DNA from: Macrostomum lignano
Taxonomy: Eukaryota
DNA length: 64,000 nucleotides
Reading direction: 5' to 3'
Assembly (NCBI GenBank): GCA_002269645.1
Contig: NIVC01002375.1
Span: 1 to 64,000, forward strand
This document shows positions 1 to 12,300 of this stretch, in pieces (the stretch's first letter is position 1; each line of letters begins with the position of its first letter). Under the pieces are notes generated by a model. The model saw nothing but the letters and a program-made list of their open reading frames with translations. It had not been told where the DNA came from and did not search any database. The position numbers and the translations under genes were made by a program.

Positions 1-844
1 ATCATTAAGTAGAAGGTTTATAGGCAAATTTTTAACACAATTATGGCATATTGCACAAGGTGTTGTACTTGAAAATCTTGAATATCTGGTGCTTGTAGCC
101 ATTTATTGAAAAAAAGTTAATAGAAAAAATTACATCTATGCATGTAATTACATGTACAACATGCATCAAAAATGAGCAAAGCAATAAGCATGAATAAAGC
201 ACAAATTTATGTGATTGCACACAAATGGCACACTGGTAGTTAGACACAAAGCCTGTGGAAAATCAGCCTTCAAAAATTTTTCTGTAGTTCGGGAGTGCCA
301 AGTCCTTCTTCTCACACTACAGTGGTCCTTGCCTATATAGCCATACGTAGACGTCAGTCTCTCACAAACCAAAAAAAATAAATGCTTACTTCCTTGGTAG
401 GGAAACTCGTTGAGATGGTGACCAGGAACAAAGCCAAAATGCATATTGACAACCTTATGCCGAAAAAAAACTGTCAGATGAATTAAGTACCAAAACATGC
501 TAGAGTGCTTATTGTACTCTTGCCAATATAAGATACAAGTAGAGATGTAGAGATATTGTAGTCAGCAGAGACAATTCATCTATATTATCAAAATGAGCTT
601 GTTAGTGAGAAAGATTATATACCAAAACAGGGTGCAGCATATTCTGTGTTAGGCCTCTTGCATAGTGTACATAGCAAAATGACAACAAATGTACATAAAG
701 AAAAACTGCCTCCTGTATAGTGTTAATATTGCTGATAGATCTACCTAAAGTAAAGTGCTTCAGAGCGGTAGAAGGCAAATACAAGTATAACGTACTTTCC
801 ATTCCAGTGTCCAAGTTAGATATGAGCATGCCTTCAGGCAACTG

Positions 845-1107
845 TTGCTAGGGAATATCTCAGCTTGTGAAGCATCTTATGTGTGTCTAAAGTGTCTTTT
901 TAAAGCAGAGACATGCATAAAACAGCTGTGCAAATTTCATGCAGAAAGACCAAAGTGAGATAATGTAGCGGCTTCTCAAAAAACTACTATATACAGTATT
1001 TGGTATATTGGGAAACGTTGTAACAACATTTGCTAGGGAATATCTCAGCTTGTGAAGCGTCTTTGTGTGTGTCTGAGGTGTCTTTTTAAAGCAGAGACAA
1101 GCGTAAA
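845..1107. repeat. About 77-bp direct duplication (845-921, 1030-1107)
   Basis: ttgctagggaatatctcagcttgtgaagc...gtgtctttttaaagcagagaca occurs twice. Confidence 0.85.
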
Positions 1108-1389
1108 AGTTTCTATAAATACACAGTATCTTGCGTAATAAATAGACAATTTTGTTAAACATTTACTGAACAATTTCTGAATGTCTGTCTGAATGTCTGT
1201 CAGGAAACCAATACATGCAATAAAGCTATAAAATAAATTTTCTTCAGTTTTTAAAAGTTTAAAACATCTATAAAAGCACAAATTATTTACATATAGCCTT
1301 ATTTTTAATAAAATGATTTGTTAAAACAGTAAATGAATTTTTGAAAATAAAATGACTCCAATAAAAATGATAGAAAAGCTCTAATAATG

Positions 1390-1627
1390 CAGGGTTTTAT
1401 TTTTTGCCAGAGACAAGGTGCAAAATTGCACCTTATGCTTATTTTTAGGATGCAATTTTAAGGCTTATAGAGTGTAGTTTTTTTTCTTTTCTCAAGGCAG
1501 TGCAAATGAGGTTTAAACAAAAAATAAGTTATGAGACTGCATCTAAACTGCACCCACTTTTTAATTTCAGGGTGTGATTTTAAAATTTAGGGTGCATATG
1601 CACACTGTGCACAAAAAATAAACCCAG
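1390..1627. mobile_element. hAT-type MITE
   Basis: Imperfect TIR cagggttttattttttg / caaaaaataaacccag with an exact 8-bp TSD taataatg (1382-89, 1628-35). Confidence 0.8.
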
Positions 1628-1677
1628 TAATAATGTATTTATTTACTTTAAGTATATTATAATATTACATTCTACAA

Positions 1678-2260
1678 CCATAGTCAGGATGATGTACATT
1701 ATGCTAGAAATTTCTGGCGTACAATTGAAAATTTAACTTTTTTTTGTATACAATTGGCATAAAAAATGAGGCAAAATATATTTGGCGTACCTTTTTATGT
1801 GATGCTGTGGCATAAATACGCCAAGCATCGTACACCAACTCCAACCTCCACGCCAAAGTTAATATTAACAATTGTTGGCATAACGCTGTAACCTCAGAAT
1901 CTTATTATAAAATCATAAAAACCATAAAACTCGTAAGATGAAAGTTCATAACTATTCGTGATTTATAAAAATTTAAAATTCCATGCAAACTAATTGTGTA
2001 ATTTTCTAAAAAAAACTTAAACAAAAAATTAGAAGTGTAAAAATATACAATATGATGTTAACTAGTGCGTTGTATTTGGTGAGTGAAGTGGGTAGAGTAG
2101 GGGTGTTTATAAAGTAGGCAAAAAGGTGTAACACGCAAAAAAGGTCATTTATTGTCGCAAAGCCTAGAAAACCTGGCGTAAGTTCCTAGGACCTTGGCGT
2201 ACCTTTCAGTATGAAGTGGCATAGATTTTTAGGGGACTTTGGTGCCTATGGTGACTATGG
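1678..2260. mobile_element. Non-autonomous DNA transposon with 8-bp TSD (hAT or P superfamily)
   Basis: TIR ccatagtca / tgactatgg; flanks ttctacaa / tgctacaa (7/8 match); repeated internal ggcgta motifs. Confidence 0.6.
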
Positions 2261-2384
2261 TGCTACAACATATTTACCATTTTTAAGGGTTTATTTGTTT
2301 TATCACTTTTGTTACTATTGACAATGTGTATTTTGTAGAGTTTGTTTGCAATAAATACTGTATTCATACGTAAGTATTTAAGCA

Positions 2385-2730
2385 TACAAATTCCTGTAAA
2401 GATAGGAAAATTGCATTTTACTCAGTTTCTACTATAAAAATTCTCTTCTTCGTGCATACACCTGCTATGATACCTATTTATGTGTAATTTCATTGTTCTT
2501 TGTCACTTAATAAGCATACAGTAAGTAAGCATCTGATTTGGAAGCTAGGTAACACATTGAAATTCCCATAAGGATCAGAAAATTGCATTTTACTCAGCTT
2601 CTATTAAAGTTATTTGGAAAATTCTTTTTCTTTTGCATACATGCCACAATGCTACATATTTTAGTGCAATTTCATTGTTCTTTGTCGTCTCATAAGCCTA
2701 TAGGAAGCATTTGATTTGGATTCCAGGTTC
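2385..2730. repeat. Diverged tandem duplication with about 175-bp period
   Basis: gaaaattgcattttactcag...aatttcattgttctttgtc...tgatttgga occurs twice. Confidence 0.75.
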
Positions 2731-4671
2731 ACATTTTGTGGTACCATTAAAATTTTAATTTCAATGAAAAATGTCAAACAAAAATTGTGAATTGGTCTAT
2801 TTGGACTTTTAAAATGCTTTTTGTGGTTTTTTACTCATTTATTCAACAATGTAAAGCATGAAACAATAAATTTTATCCAGAACTATTTTAAAGACTTTTC
2901 TGTCTTTCAAAAAGCTTTTTTAGATAAAGTACCTTCTATTGAATGTCCGCAGATGTGTTTTACTGTTTTATCCCATATTTTTGCATTTTGCCCTATTCTA
3001 TTATAATATTAATTATTTTACTATCTTATTTCTCATCTAAATGTATCATCATATAAATTGTGGTAGATTAAAGTTATTTTTTATATTTAAAGTAAAATTA
3101 ATATTTTAGTTCTAAATCAATTTTTTTAGTCGAGTCAATCTTTGATTCAGTCTTTAGTTTAGAATCAAAATTTAAATTTAAATTGACAATCTAAATTTTT
3201 CAATGCAAAATTAGGTTCAAAGTTTGGAATATCAAATCAAAACCAAGTTTAAATCTATCATTAGTATCATTTTTCACATTGTCTTTGCTGTTTTTTAGTA
3301 AGCAAAATGACTAGTACTATATTTTTTAGATAAATTGGTAGAGGACAAAATTATTTTCAGCTATTATAAATATATATTTTTTTATTAAAATTGATTCCAA
3401 AAGAAAAATTAGTATAACATACTTTTTTACTTTTATTTTTAACTTAGTTTGTAATATTGCAATATATAATAGCTATATATGTTTTGGCATTAGTATATAC
3501 TAGCCTAGTAGTCCTTATTACTTATTATAAAAGATCCTTAAAGTATTAAAGGATAGCCATTTCATTTAATCTTTTTTGATTTTTATCAGAACCCCTTATT
3601 CAATATAATATATTACAATAGATAACAAATTTTTAGACAACAATCACTGTTTAACTTACTAGTTTTAGTAGACAATCACCATTGAGATTAGTCTTTGTTT
3701 TCTGTTTAAATAGAAGAACTACAATATTTGTATCAGTTAAAGTTAAATAGTCATTAAACAACCAGCCTATTTATAAACAGCTTTGAAGCTGTTAATTTTT
3801 ATGTAACTTTTAAAAAAAGATTGTGTTCTATGTTACAAAACTACAAAAGAAAAAGTAAGATATTTTTCATGGAATGCTACACATGAAAAGCAGATTTGAA
3901 TTCAGGAAGGAACTTTTAAAAATTCAAAGCTTTATCTAATAGGTATCATTGGGTACTACTACTACATTGGGAACCTACTGAATATTTCACAAAAGTAAGC
4001 ATTACACTCTTGGTTAAAAAGCATTTGTATATGCTTGTATATATAAACTAGTAATATTGAAATGATGGTCTTCCAAAATTGAGAAGGGATGATGGTTCAC
4101 ACTGCACTTGACTCTATCTACAAGTTTGTAATCCACAATTCTCTTTGCACTTGCACATAATTGAAGCCAAGGACTCTGCATTTTATTTTGAGACACCATG
4201 TGCATAAATTGTATTAGTATGAAAGATTATTAATGACCTAAAAAAGTTTATAAACTTTATTAAATTTAAATTTAAATTTTTGTTTTCATTTAGTTATAAT
4301 GATAAATCTCAGATTTGAATTTAAATTTGAATTGAGAAATTGAGAAATAGAATTTCATTTCTATTGATTTCAATAATGGGACCATGGGTCACAATTAATG
4401 CTCTTTGTTTTTTGTCAGAATCACACTGCCACTGGCACCAAGAGGCCAACTGACATCAATCTAAATCTTCTGAATTATAGAAAGTATGGTACTAAAACTA
4501 AAAGATATTCAGCTTAGAAAAAACATTGAAAAGAAAACACAACTGGGATGCTATAATAAACTGGGTCTGTGATGATGCACACCATAATAAAAGTTAATTA
4601 GTTTGTTTACCTCATAATTGCTAGCTGCTATGGTACAATTTAATGGCACAGAACTTATCCCTTCCCAACAG

Positions 4672-4914
4672 GTCACCCTATGTGGCCTATAAGGTTACAG
4701 TTGCTATCCCAGTGCTGCAGGCTTTCATAACATTCTTCGTAGTGGCCAATTTTGCCCGGGCAACATTCCTGGATCCTGGCACCTATCCTCAGTGCGTGCG
4801 CAACGAATCAGACGATGACGATAGCCGGGGCACTCTGTTTAAAAGTGTTGAAATTCGCGGCTGTCAGTCCAAAATTAAATGGTGCTCCACCTGCAGGTTT
4901 TACCGGCCGCCAAG
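4672..4914 (+). CDS. ZDHHC8: ZDHHC exon (TM2, DPG motif, start of Cys-rich domain)
   Basis: Acceptor cccttcccaacag and donor gtaagc; encodes SPYVAYKV...ATFLDPG...[10 protein letters not shown]. Confidence 0.9.
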
Positions 4915-7900
4915 GTAAGCAAATATTTTATTCGTTAATTTAATTGGGAGCTTGAGTCCCCGAGTCTTAAAGATGAGATTTTCAGATACCGCTTTTAAAG
5001 ATGAGATTTTGAAATCCCATTCTTAAAGATGAGGTCTTAAAGTCCCATTCTCAAAGATGAGATTTTGAAATCCCATTCTTAAAGATGAGATCTTAAAGTC
5101 CCATTCTCAAAGATAAGATTTTGAAGTCCCATTCTTGAAAATGAGATTTTGGAATCCCATTCTTAAAGATGAGATTTTGAAGTCCCATTCTCAAGGATGA
5201 GATTTTGAAGTCCCATTCTCAAGGATGAGATTTTGAAATCCCATTCTCAAATATGAGATTTTGAAATCCCATTCTTAAAGATGAGATTTTGAAATCCCAT
5301 TCTTAAAGATGAGATTTTGAAATCCCATTCTCAAAGATGAGATTTTGAAATCCCATTCTCAAAAATGAGATTTTGAAATCCCATTCTCAAAAATGAGATT
5401 TTGAAATCCCATTCTCAAAAATGAGATTTTGAAATCCCATTCTCAAATATGAGATTTTGAAATCCCATTCTTAAATATGAGATTTTGAAATCCCATTCTC
5501 AAAGATGAGATTTTGAAATCCCATTCTCAAAAATGAGATTTTGAAATCCCATTCTCAAAAATGAGATTTTGAAATCCCATTCTCAAGGATGCGATTTTAA
5601 GACCCCATTCCCAACGATGAGATTTTGAAATCTCGTCTGTCTTGTCGAAGACGAGAAATGCCAGTATTTAAAATTTAAAATAAATTAAAAAGACAATTTT
5701 TAGAGATAGAAATTAAAGTGAATGCAATTGGATATAGATGTGTCAAAAATGTTAGATGATTGTCATTTGCAATAATAAATAAGAAAGACAGTCCCAACGT
5801 CCCCCAGGTGCTCCCACTGCTCCTCATGCGATCGTTGCATTGACACTTTTGACCATCACTGCCCGTGGGTGAACAACTGCATTGGTCGCCGCAACTACAG
5901 AGCATTCTTCTTCTTCCTGTCATCTCTGACCGCCCACACAATCTCTGTGCTGGCTGCTAGCATCTACTTTGTTGTGCAGCATAGGGAAAATTTGCGTCAA
6001 GTTGGTCCCATCGTTGCCATAGTGATTGTGTGCGTTGCCGGGCTGCTGGTCTTTCCCATTGCTGGCCTTACCGGCTTCCACATCTACCTGATTAGCAAGG
6101 GCGTTACTACTAATGAGCAGGTGAGTGTTTTTTCGATTTCAAAAGATCCTCAGTTGCTGGGCCTCCAGCCTCCCAGATCCTGAGTTGCTAGACCAGCCTC
6201 CCAGATCCTCAGCTGCTGGGCCAGCCTCCCAGATCCTCAGTTGCTGGGCCAGCCTCCCAGATCCTCAGTTGCTAGGCCAGCCTCCCAGATCCTCAGCTGC
6301 TGGGCCAGCCTCCCAGATCCTCAGTTGCTGGGCCAGCCTCCCAGATCCTCAGCTGCTGGGCCAGCCTCCCAGATCCTCAGTTGCTAGGCCAGCCTCCCAG
6401 ATCCTCAGTTGCAGGGCCAGCTTCCCAGATCCTCAGTTGCTAGGCCAGCTTCCCAGATCCTCAGTTGCTAGGCCAGCCTCCCAGATCCTCAGTTGCTGGG
6501 CCAGCCTTTCGGATCCCTAATTAGCTCAAGCCTTAATCCTCGCAGAGCCAGCAAGCCAAACCCTCCCACGCATGACAGGTCACTCACAAATACGACGTAG
6601 AGAATCCGTTCGATGAGGGCTGCAGCAAAAACTGTCTGCAGACCCTGTGCGGCTCCCAGTTCCCCTACCCGGTTCGACCGTTCAAGAAGCGACCAACCTC
6701 AGTGGCGTCCGGCACTTCCGCAGCTAAGAAGCTGCCAGAGAACCGCGCAAGCCTGCTGCACTATCAAGTTGACGCCGAGGGCGATAAGATCGCTTACGAA
6801 ACGGCGTACGAACCCGCGACCACAGTTGGCGCCAATTCTAGTGCTAAAGATGATAATCAACAAAAAGATTTGCCTATGCCAAGTGCCAGACCGCCTGTGC
6901 CTACAAATGGTGCTTATGCATCGCCCAGACCGAGACCCGTGAGTGTGAGCTATTTAGCAATCAAAGTACTCCAATGTCGTTACCCATTCTCAGAGCAGAG
7001 CTTGTTAGATAGAGCCTGGCTGTGTAAATCTATTTGCAAAAGCCAAGAAATAGAGAGAACTTTCTGTTGCGTCTGAATTGTAGATTCAGTTTAGACTAGT
7101 ATTTGTAGTAGTTTATCTCTTATCTATATGGTATTAAAGAACTTTGTTTACTATGTAATGTATGAATTGTAGCTAGTGTTTCAGATGAGGTGCCGCGTTA
7201 ATACTGCTTTTTATTTTTTTTTCTTACATAAAACGAAATTACTAAATTAGAATGCAACTCCCATGCCCCTCCACCCCAATGTACACTGTTTCCTAACCCA
7301 GCATTTATGTACGCTTTCTGTTTCCTAAACCAGCCTCACCACCCCAATGTACGCTCTCTGTTTCCTAAACCAGCCTCACCACCCAATGTACGCTTTCTGT
7401 TTCCTAAACCAGCCTCACCACCCAATGTACGCGCTCTGTTTCCTAACCCAGCCCACCACCCCAATTTACGCTCTCCGTTTCCTAACCCAGCCCACCACCC
7501 CAATGTACGCTCTCCGTTTCCTAACCCTGCCCCACCACCCCAATGTACGCTCTCTGTTTCCTAACCCAGCCCCACCACCCCAATTTACGCTCTCCGTTTC
7601 CTAACCCAGCCCACCACCCCAATTTACGCTCTCCGTTTCCTAACCCAGCCCCACCACCCCAATTTACGCTCTCCGTTTCCTAACCCAGCCCACCACCCCA
7701 GTGTACGCTCTCTGTTTCCTAACCCTGCCCCACCACCCCAATGTACGCTCTCTGTTTCCTAACCCAGCCCCACCACCCCAATTTACGCTCTCCGTTTCCT
7801 AACCCAGCCCACCACCCCAATTTACGCTCTCTGTTTCCTAACCCAGCCCCACCACCCCAATTTACGCTCTCCGTTTCCTAACCCAGCCCACCACCCCAAT

Positions 7901-8760
7901 TTACGCTCTCTGTTTCCTAACCCAGCCCCACCACCCCAATTTACGCTCTCCGTTTCCTAACCCAGCCCACCACCCCAATTTACGCTCTCCGTTTCCTAAC
8001 CCAGCCCCACCACCCCAATTTACGCTCTCCGTTTCCTAACCCAGCCCCACCACCCCAATTTACGCTCTCCGTTTCCTAACCCAGCCCCACCACCCCAATT
8101 TACGCTCTCCGTTTCCTAACCCAGCCCCACCACCCAGTGTACGCTCTCTGTTTCCTAACCCTGCCCCACCACCCCAATGTACGCTCTCTGTTTCCTAACC
8201 CTGCCCCACCACCCCAATGTACGCTCTCTGTTTCCTAACCCTGCCCCACCACCCCAATGTACGCTCTCTGTTTACAGGCAGTTATCGGAGGTCCAGCAGG
8301 CCAGATGGAGCCCCTGCTGCCTCCGCCACCGCAGACTCAGCCAACAGTTCACTATCTTCGCCGAGACCAACAACAGCAGCAGCAGCAGGTGCCCAGCCCT
8401 AACGAGCCTTTCGCCTTCAATAGCACTCAGACTCCACAGCCGCAGCCAACTCTGAGGCATTCAATGCTGCCTCCTCATTCTGTGCCTCAGCCAATTCGAC
8501 GACTGACTCATTATCCGCATAGCAACAGCGCTAGGGGGGCGCCAGTTATTAATGCACAGGCAGTGCCCCATGGAATCGGTGTCGCACCCAGAGCCAGTAT
8601 GGAAACCCTGAGCAGCCGACCAGGCAGCATGGCATTCGGCAATGCACCTGTTGGACTGCAGCACCAGCACCAGCAGCCGCTGTCTCCACTGCAGGACGTG
8701 TCCAACGCTCTGACTGACTACAACGAAGACGATATCGAACGCAGAGTTCTGTCGTTTTAA
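4672..8760 (+). CDS. ZDHHC8: DHHC palmitoyltransferase, ZDHHC5/8 subfamily (5'-partial; exons 4672-4914, 5808-6120, 6579-6938, 8278-8760)
   Basis: Spliced translation reads ...[11 protein letters not shown]...[13 protein letters not shown]|[31 protein letters not shown]...[19 protein letters not shown]|[15 protein letters not shown]..., matching the ZDHHC5/8 cysteine-rich domain, TTxE and NPF motifs. All introns are GT-AG and phases are consistent (2,2,0,0). Stop TAA at 8758-8760. The first coding exon was not found in the window. Confidence 0.93.
4965..5630. repeat. 28-bp minisatellite (gagattttgaaatcccattctcaaagat), about 23 copies, ZDHHC intron
   Basis: Direct reading; the unit has internal dyad symmetry. 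Confidence 0.95.
5808..6120 (+). CDS. ZDHHC8: ZDHHC catalytic exon (DHHC at 5851-5862, TM3-4, TTNEQ)
   Basis: Acceptor cccccag and donor gtgagt; GAC CAT CAC TGC encodes DHHC. Confidence 0.95.
6145..6510. repeat. 28-bp minisatellite (cctcccagatcctcagttgctgggccag), about 13 copies, ZDHHC intron
   Basis: Direct reading; same family as 51255-51665. Confidence 0.95.
6579..6938 (+). CDS. ZDHHC8: ZDHHC exon (NPF motif and start of disordered tail)
   Basis: 360 nt, phase 0/0, flanked by acag and gtgagt; encodes [19 protein letters not shown]. Confidence 0.88.
7258..8272. repeat. 40-bp C-rich minisatellite ending at the ZDHHC acceptor, about 25 copies
   Basis: Unit ccaccaccccaatttacgctctccgtttcctaacccagcc. 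Confidence 0.95.
8278..8760 (+). CDS. ZDHHC8: ZDHHC terminal exon (Pro/Gln-rich tail ending RRVLSF)
   Basis: Acceptor ctctctgtttacag, phase 0, open to TAA; GC-rich coding-like composition. Confidence 0.82.
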   Translation, partial: AVIGGPAGQMEPLLPPPPQTQPTVHYLRRDQQQQQQQVPSPNEPFAFNSTQTPQPQPTLRHSMLPPHSVPQPIRRLTHYPHSNSARGAPVINAQAVPHGIGVAPRASMETLSSRPGSMAFGNAPVGLQHQHQQPLSPLQDVSNALTDYNEDDIERRVLSF

Positions 8761-9185
8761 TCTACGTAGCCAAAGCGATTAACATTTATCAACTTTTTAT
8801 TTAGGTGATTTGTTTAAAAAATACAGCCCAACTTAAGATTTAGCGAATTTATTTTAATTTGTTGTCTTTTTGTAATGATGATAAATAACAAAAATCAGTC
8901 ACTGCGCCTACTCATTTTTATGAGAACATGTATCATTTTTTATTAAATCTATCATAAGCGCGAATGATGCTACTCACAGTTCTCATTACATAGTAGTAGT
9001 AATAGTAGTAGCGGTACATTATTTTGTATTTATTTAGTTATTGTATATTATCTGTATGTTTACTTAGTGGGACTGTGAATCCATACCTTTCATTATCGTA
9101 TTGTATGTAAATTATTTAATTTAAATTTCATTTTAATTTTTGAAATTTTCATACAAAAACTTGTTAAGACACTTTTTGTTTATCG

Positions 9186-9199
9186 GTTGCCGTGACAAC
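9186..9199. promoter_or_regulatory. RFX X-box-like palindrome GTTGCCGTGACAAC
   Basis: 14-bp near-perfect palindrome fitting the RFX consensus, with a second GTTGCTAAC half-site about 4 bp downstream. Confidence 0.5.
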
Positions 9200-9267
9200 C
9201 TGGTTGCTAACCGGAAACGGGCGCAAGCTTAACAGAATCAAAAGCTGTGAGATATTTAACCTAAGCG

Positions 9268-9860
9268 AGATTATCTAATCTGATCATGAGATTATCAAAC
9301 CCGATCCTGAGATTATCAAACTCGTTCATAAGATTATCAAACCCGATCCTGAGATTATCAAACTCGTTCATAAGATTATCAAACCCGATCCTGAGATTAT
9401 CAAACTCGTTCATAAGATTATCAAACCCGATCCTGAGATTATCAAACTCGTTCATAAGATTATCAAACCCGATCCTGAGATTATCAAACTCGTTCATAAG
9501 ATTATCAAACCCGATCCTGAGATTATCAAACTCGTTCATAAGATTATCAAACCCGATCCTGAGATTATCAAACTCGTTCATAAGATTATCAAACCCGATC
9601 CTGAGATTATCAAACTCGTTCATAAGATTATCAAACCCGATCCTGAGATTATCAAACTCGTTCATAAGATTATCAAACCCGATCCTGAGATTATCAAACT
9701 CGTTCATAAGATTATCAAACCCGATCCTGAGATTATCAAACTCGTTCATAAGATTATCAAACCCGATCCTGAGATTATCAAACTCGTTCATAAGATTATC
9801 AAACCCGATCCTGAGATTATCAAACTCGTTCATAAGATTATCAAACCCGATCCTGAGATT
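9268..9860. repeat. 42-bp (2x21) higher-order minisatellite, about 14 essentially identical copies
   Basis: gattatcaaacccgatcctga alternating with gattatcaaactcgttcataa. Confidence 0.97.
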
Positions 9861-10289
9861 TATGAAGCATCTATCTTAGTAATAATAAAACATTTCAGAT
9901 AGTCATCTGCTCCTAGAGGCAATTAGGTTGTCTGGTGTCACCTAATTAATCCATTCCCAATACCTAAAGCGAGAATATTCCAAAGCAATTTTTATCAAAA
10001 GGTACTTGCGGCCGAATGCTTAGTGTCTTGCTTTCATACTTGTAGCATTTTTCAATTTGTTTATTTTAGAATTTATTACAACTGTGTTTCTTCCTCCTCT
10101 GTGCCCTCATCGTGCCTGCTGGTTTGGTGCTGCCCGTCTCTGCTTAAACCTGTTTTATCTGCTTGTTTGTACTTTTAATTATTGCTGTTGCTAGCCGCTG
10201 TGTACTTTTCCCGTACTATTGTATACTAACTTCATTTAACTGGTATTGTCAAATACTTTGCTATCATTCCTGAGCGATGGCCATGGCCA

Positions 10290-10735
10290 CTCCTCAGCCC
10301 CACCTCATCCCAATCTCTTCCCCATCTTATCCCCATCTCTTCCCATCTCTTCCCATCTCTTCCCATCTTATCCCCATCTCTTCCCATCTCTTCCCCATCT
10401 CTTCCCATCTCTTCCCATCTTATCCCCATCTCTTCCCATCTCACCCCTATCTCATCACATTTCTTCCCCATCTCATCCTTATCTTATCACATCTCTTCCC
10501 CATCTCTTCCTATCTTATCCCCATCTCTTCCCATCTCTTCCTATCTTATCCCCATCTTTTCCCATATTATCCCCATCTCTTCCCAATCTCAGTCCTATCT
10601 CATCAAATTTCTTCCTCATCTCATCCTTATCTCATCACATCTCTTCCCCATCTCATCCCTACATCCTCCCTATTTCTTCCCCACCTCATCCCGATCTCTT
10701 TTCCACCTTATCCACCTCTTGTCGCCCCTCTTCAT
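10290..10735. repeat. CT-rich low-complexity array (cccatctctt)
   Basis: Direct reading. Confidence 0.9.
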
Positions 10736-11214
10736 CGCAATGCTGAACACAATTGATTTTGTGCCGTATTAGCAAAGTGTAGGAATGAAAACGGTAATAT
10801 TACATTTGTATGTATAACAGAAATTTCAACTGCACATTTATCTGATTGACGCGGCGTACAAGCACCTATTTCCTATTTGTGCTACTTAGTTAGTAGCAAT
10901 TTGCGCTAGTGAGTACAATAGGATGAGTGTGGTTTTTTCGTGGAAAGATGCTAATGTCAGTGTTAATGCAGTAAGCAGCTCTTGTTTCTTATTGAACTAC
11001 TGTTAACCTATTTAATAAATATTGTTGCTAACGGATAATGATGAGCACCGCTAATTTAATTTTCTTATTTTGTGAACAAAGGTTTTTTATTGATATAAAA
11101 CTGATTTTATGACTGCTTTTGACTGAGTTTTTTTCTGTTTTGGATTTAACTGCATGTGGGGTCTTTAATGGGTAACTGGTAACTGCTTCTGACCTTCTAC
11201 ACCTACTGCCCTCT

Positions 11215-12300
11215 ACTTATCTACTCTCAGCCGTATCTACTCTCAGCCTTATCTACTCTCGACACCATCTACTCTACTCGTACAATATCTGCATTCTACC
11301 TGGTCTATCCACTCTCTACCCTATCTACGCTACACCCTATCTACACTCTACCCTATCCACTCTCTACCCTATCTACGCTACACCCTATCTACACTCTACC
11401 CTATCTACTCTCTGCCTTATCTACACTCTACACTACACTATCTACCCTATCTACCCTACCTATCTGCACTCCACCCTGTCTACTCTCTACCCTATCTACA
11501 TTCTACACTGTCTACTGTCTACCCTTACATTCTACCCTGTCTACTCTCTAACCTATCTACATTCTACCCTGTCTACTCTCTACCCTATCTACATTCTACC
11601 CTGTCTACTGTCTACCCTATCTACATTCAACCCTGTCTACTGTCTACCCTATCTACATTCAACCCTGTCTACTGTCTACCCTATCTACATTCTACCCTGT
11701 CTACTGTCTACCCTATCTACATTCAACCCTGTCTACTGTCTACCCTATCTACATTCAACCCTGTCTACTGTCTACCCTATCTACATTCAACCCTGTCTAC
11801 TGTCTACCCTATCTACATTCTACCCTGTCTACTCTCTAACCTATCTACATTCTACCCTGTCTACTCTCTAACCTATCTACATTCTACCCTGTCTACTGTC
11901 TACCCTATCTACATTCAACCCTGTCTACTGTCTACCCTATCTACATTCAACCCTGTCTACTGTCTACCCTATCTACATTCTACCCTGTCTACTGTCTACC
12001 CTATCTACATTCTACCCTGTCTACTGTCTACCCTATCTACATTCTACCCTGTCTACTGTCTACCCTATCTACATTCTACCCTGTCTACTGTCTACCCTAT
12101 CTACATTCTACCCTGTCTACTCTCTAACCTATCTACATTCAACCCTGTCTACTGTCTACCCTATCTACATTCTACCCTGTCTACTGTCTACCCTATCTAC
12201 ATTCTACCCTGTCTACTCTCTACCCTATCTACATTCAACCCTGTCTACTGTCTACCCTATCTACATTCTACCCTGTCTACCGTCTACCTTTTCTACTCAA
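11215..12300. repeat. 32-bp minisatellite (tctaccctatctacattctaccctgtctactg) with degenerate flank
   Basis: Direct reading. Confidence 0.93.

Noticed and set aside
4014-4205. Cys-rich remnant (MCKCKENCGLQTC) resembling a CXC domain of a transposon
   Set aside because: Interrupted by stops, very short, and no element boundaries were found.
4419-4483. 65-nt AG/GT-bounded segment that could splice in frame to ZDHHC exon 4672
   Set aside because: No similarity to the expected TM1 region, and no ATG. As a cassette it would introduce a stop. At most a poison exon, with no supporting evidence.
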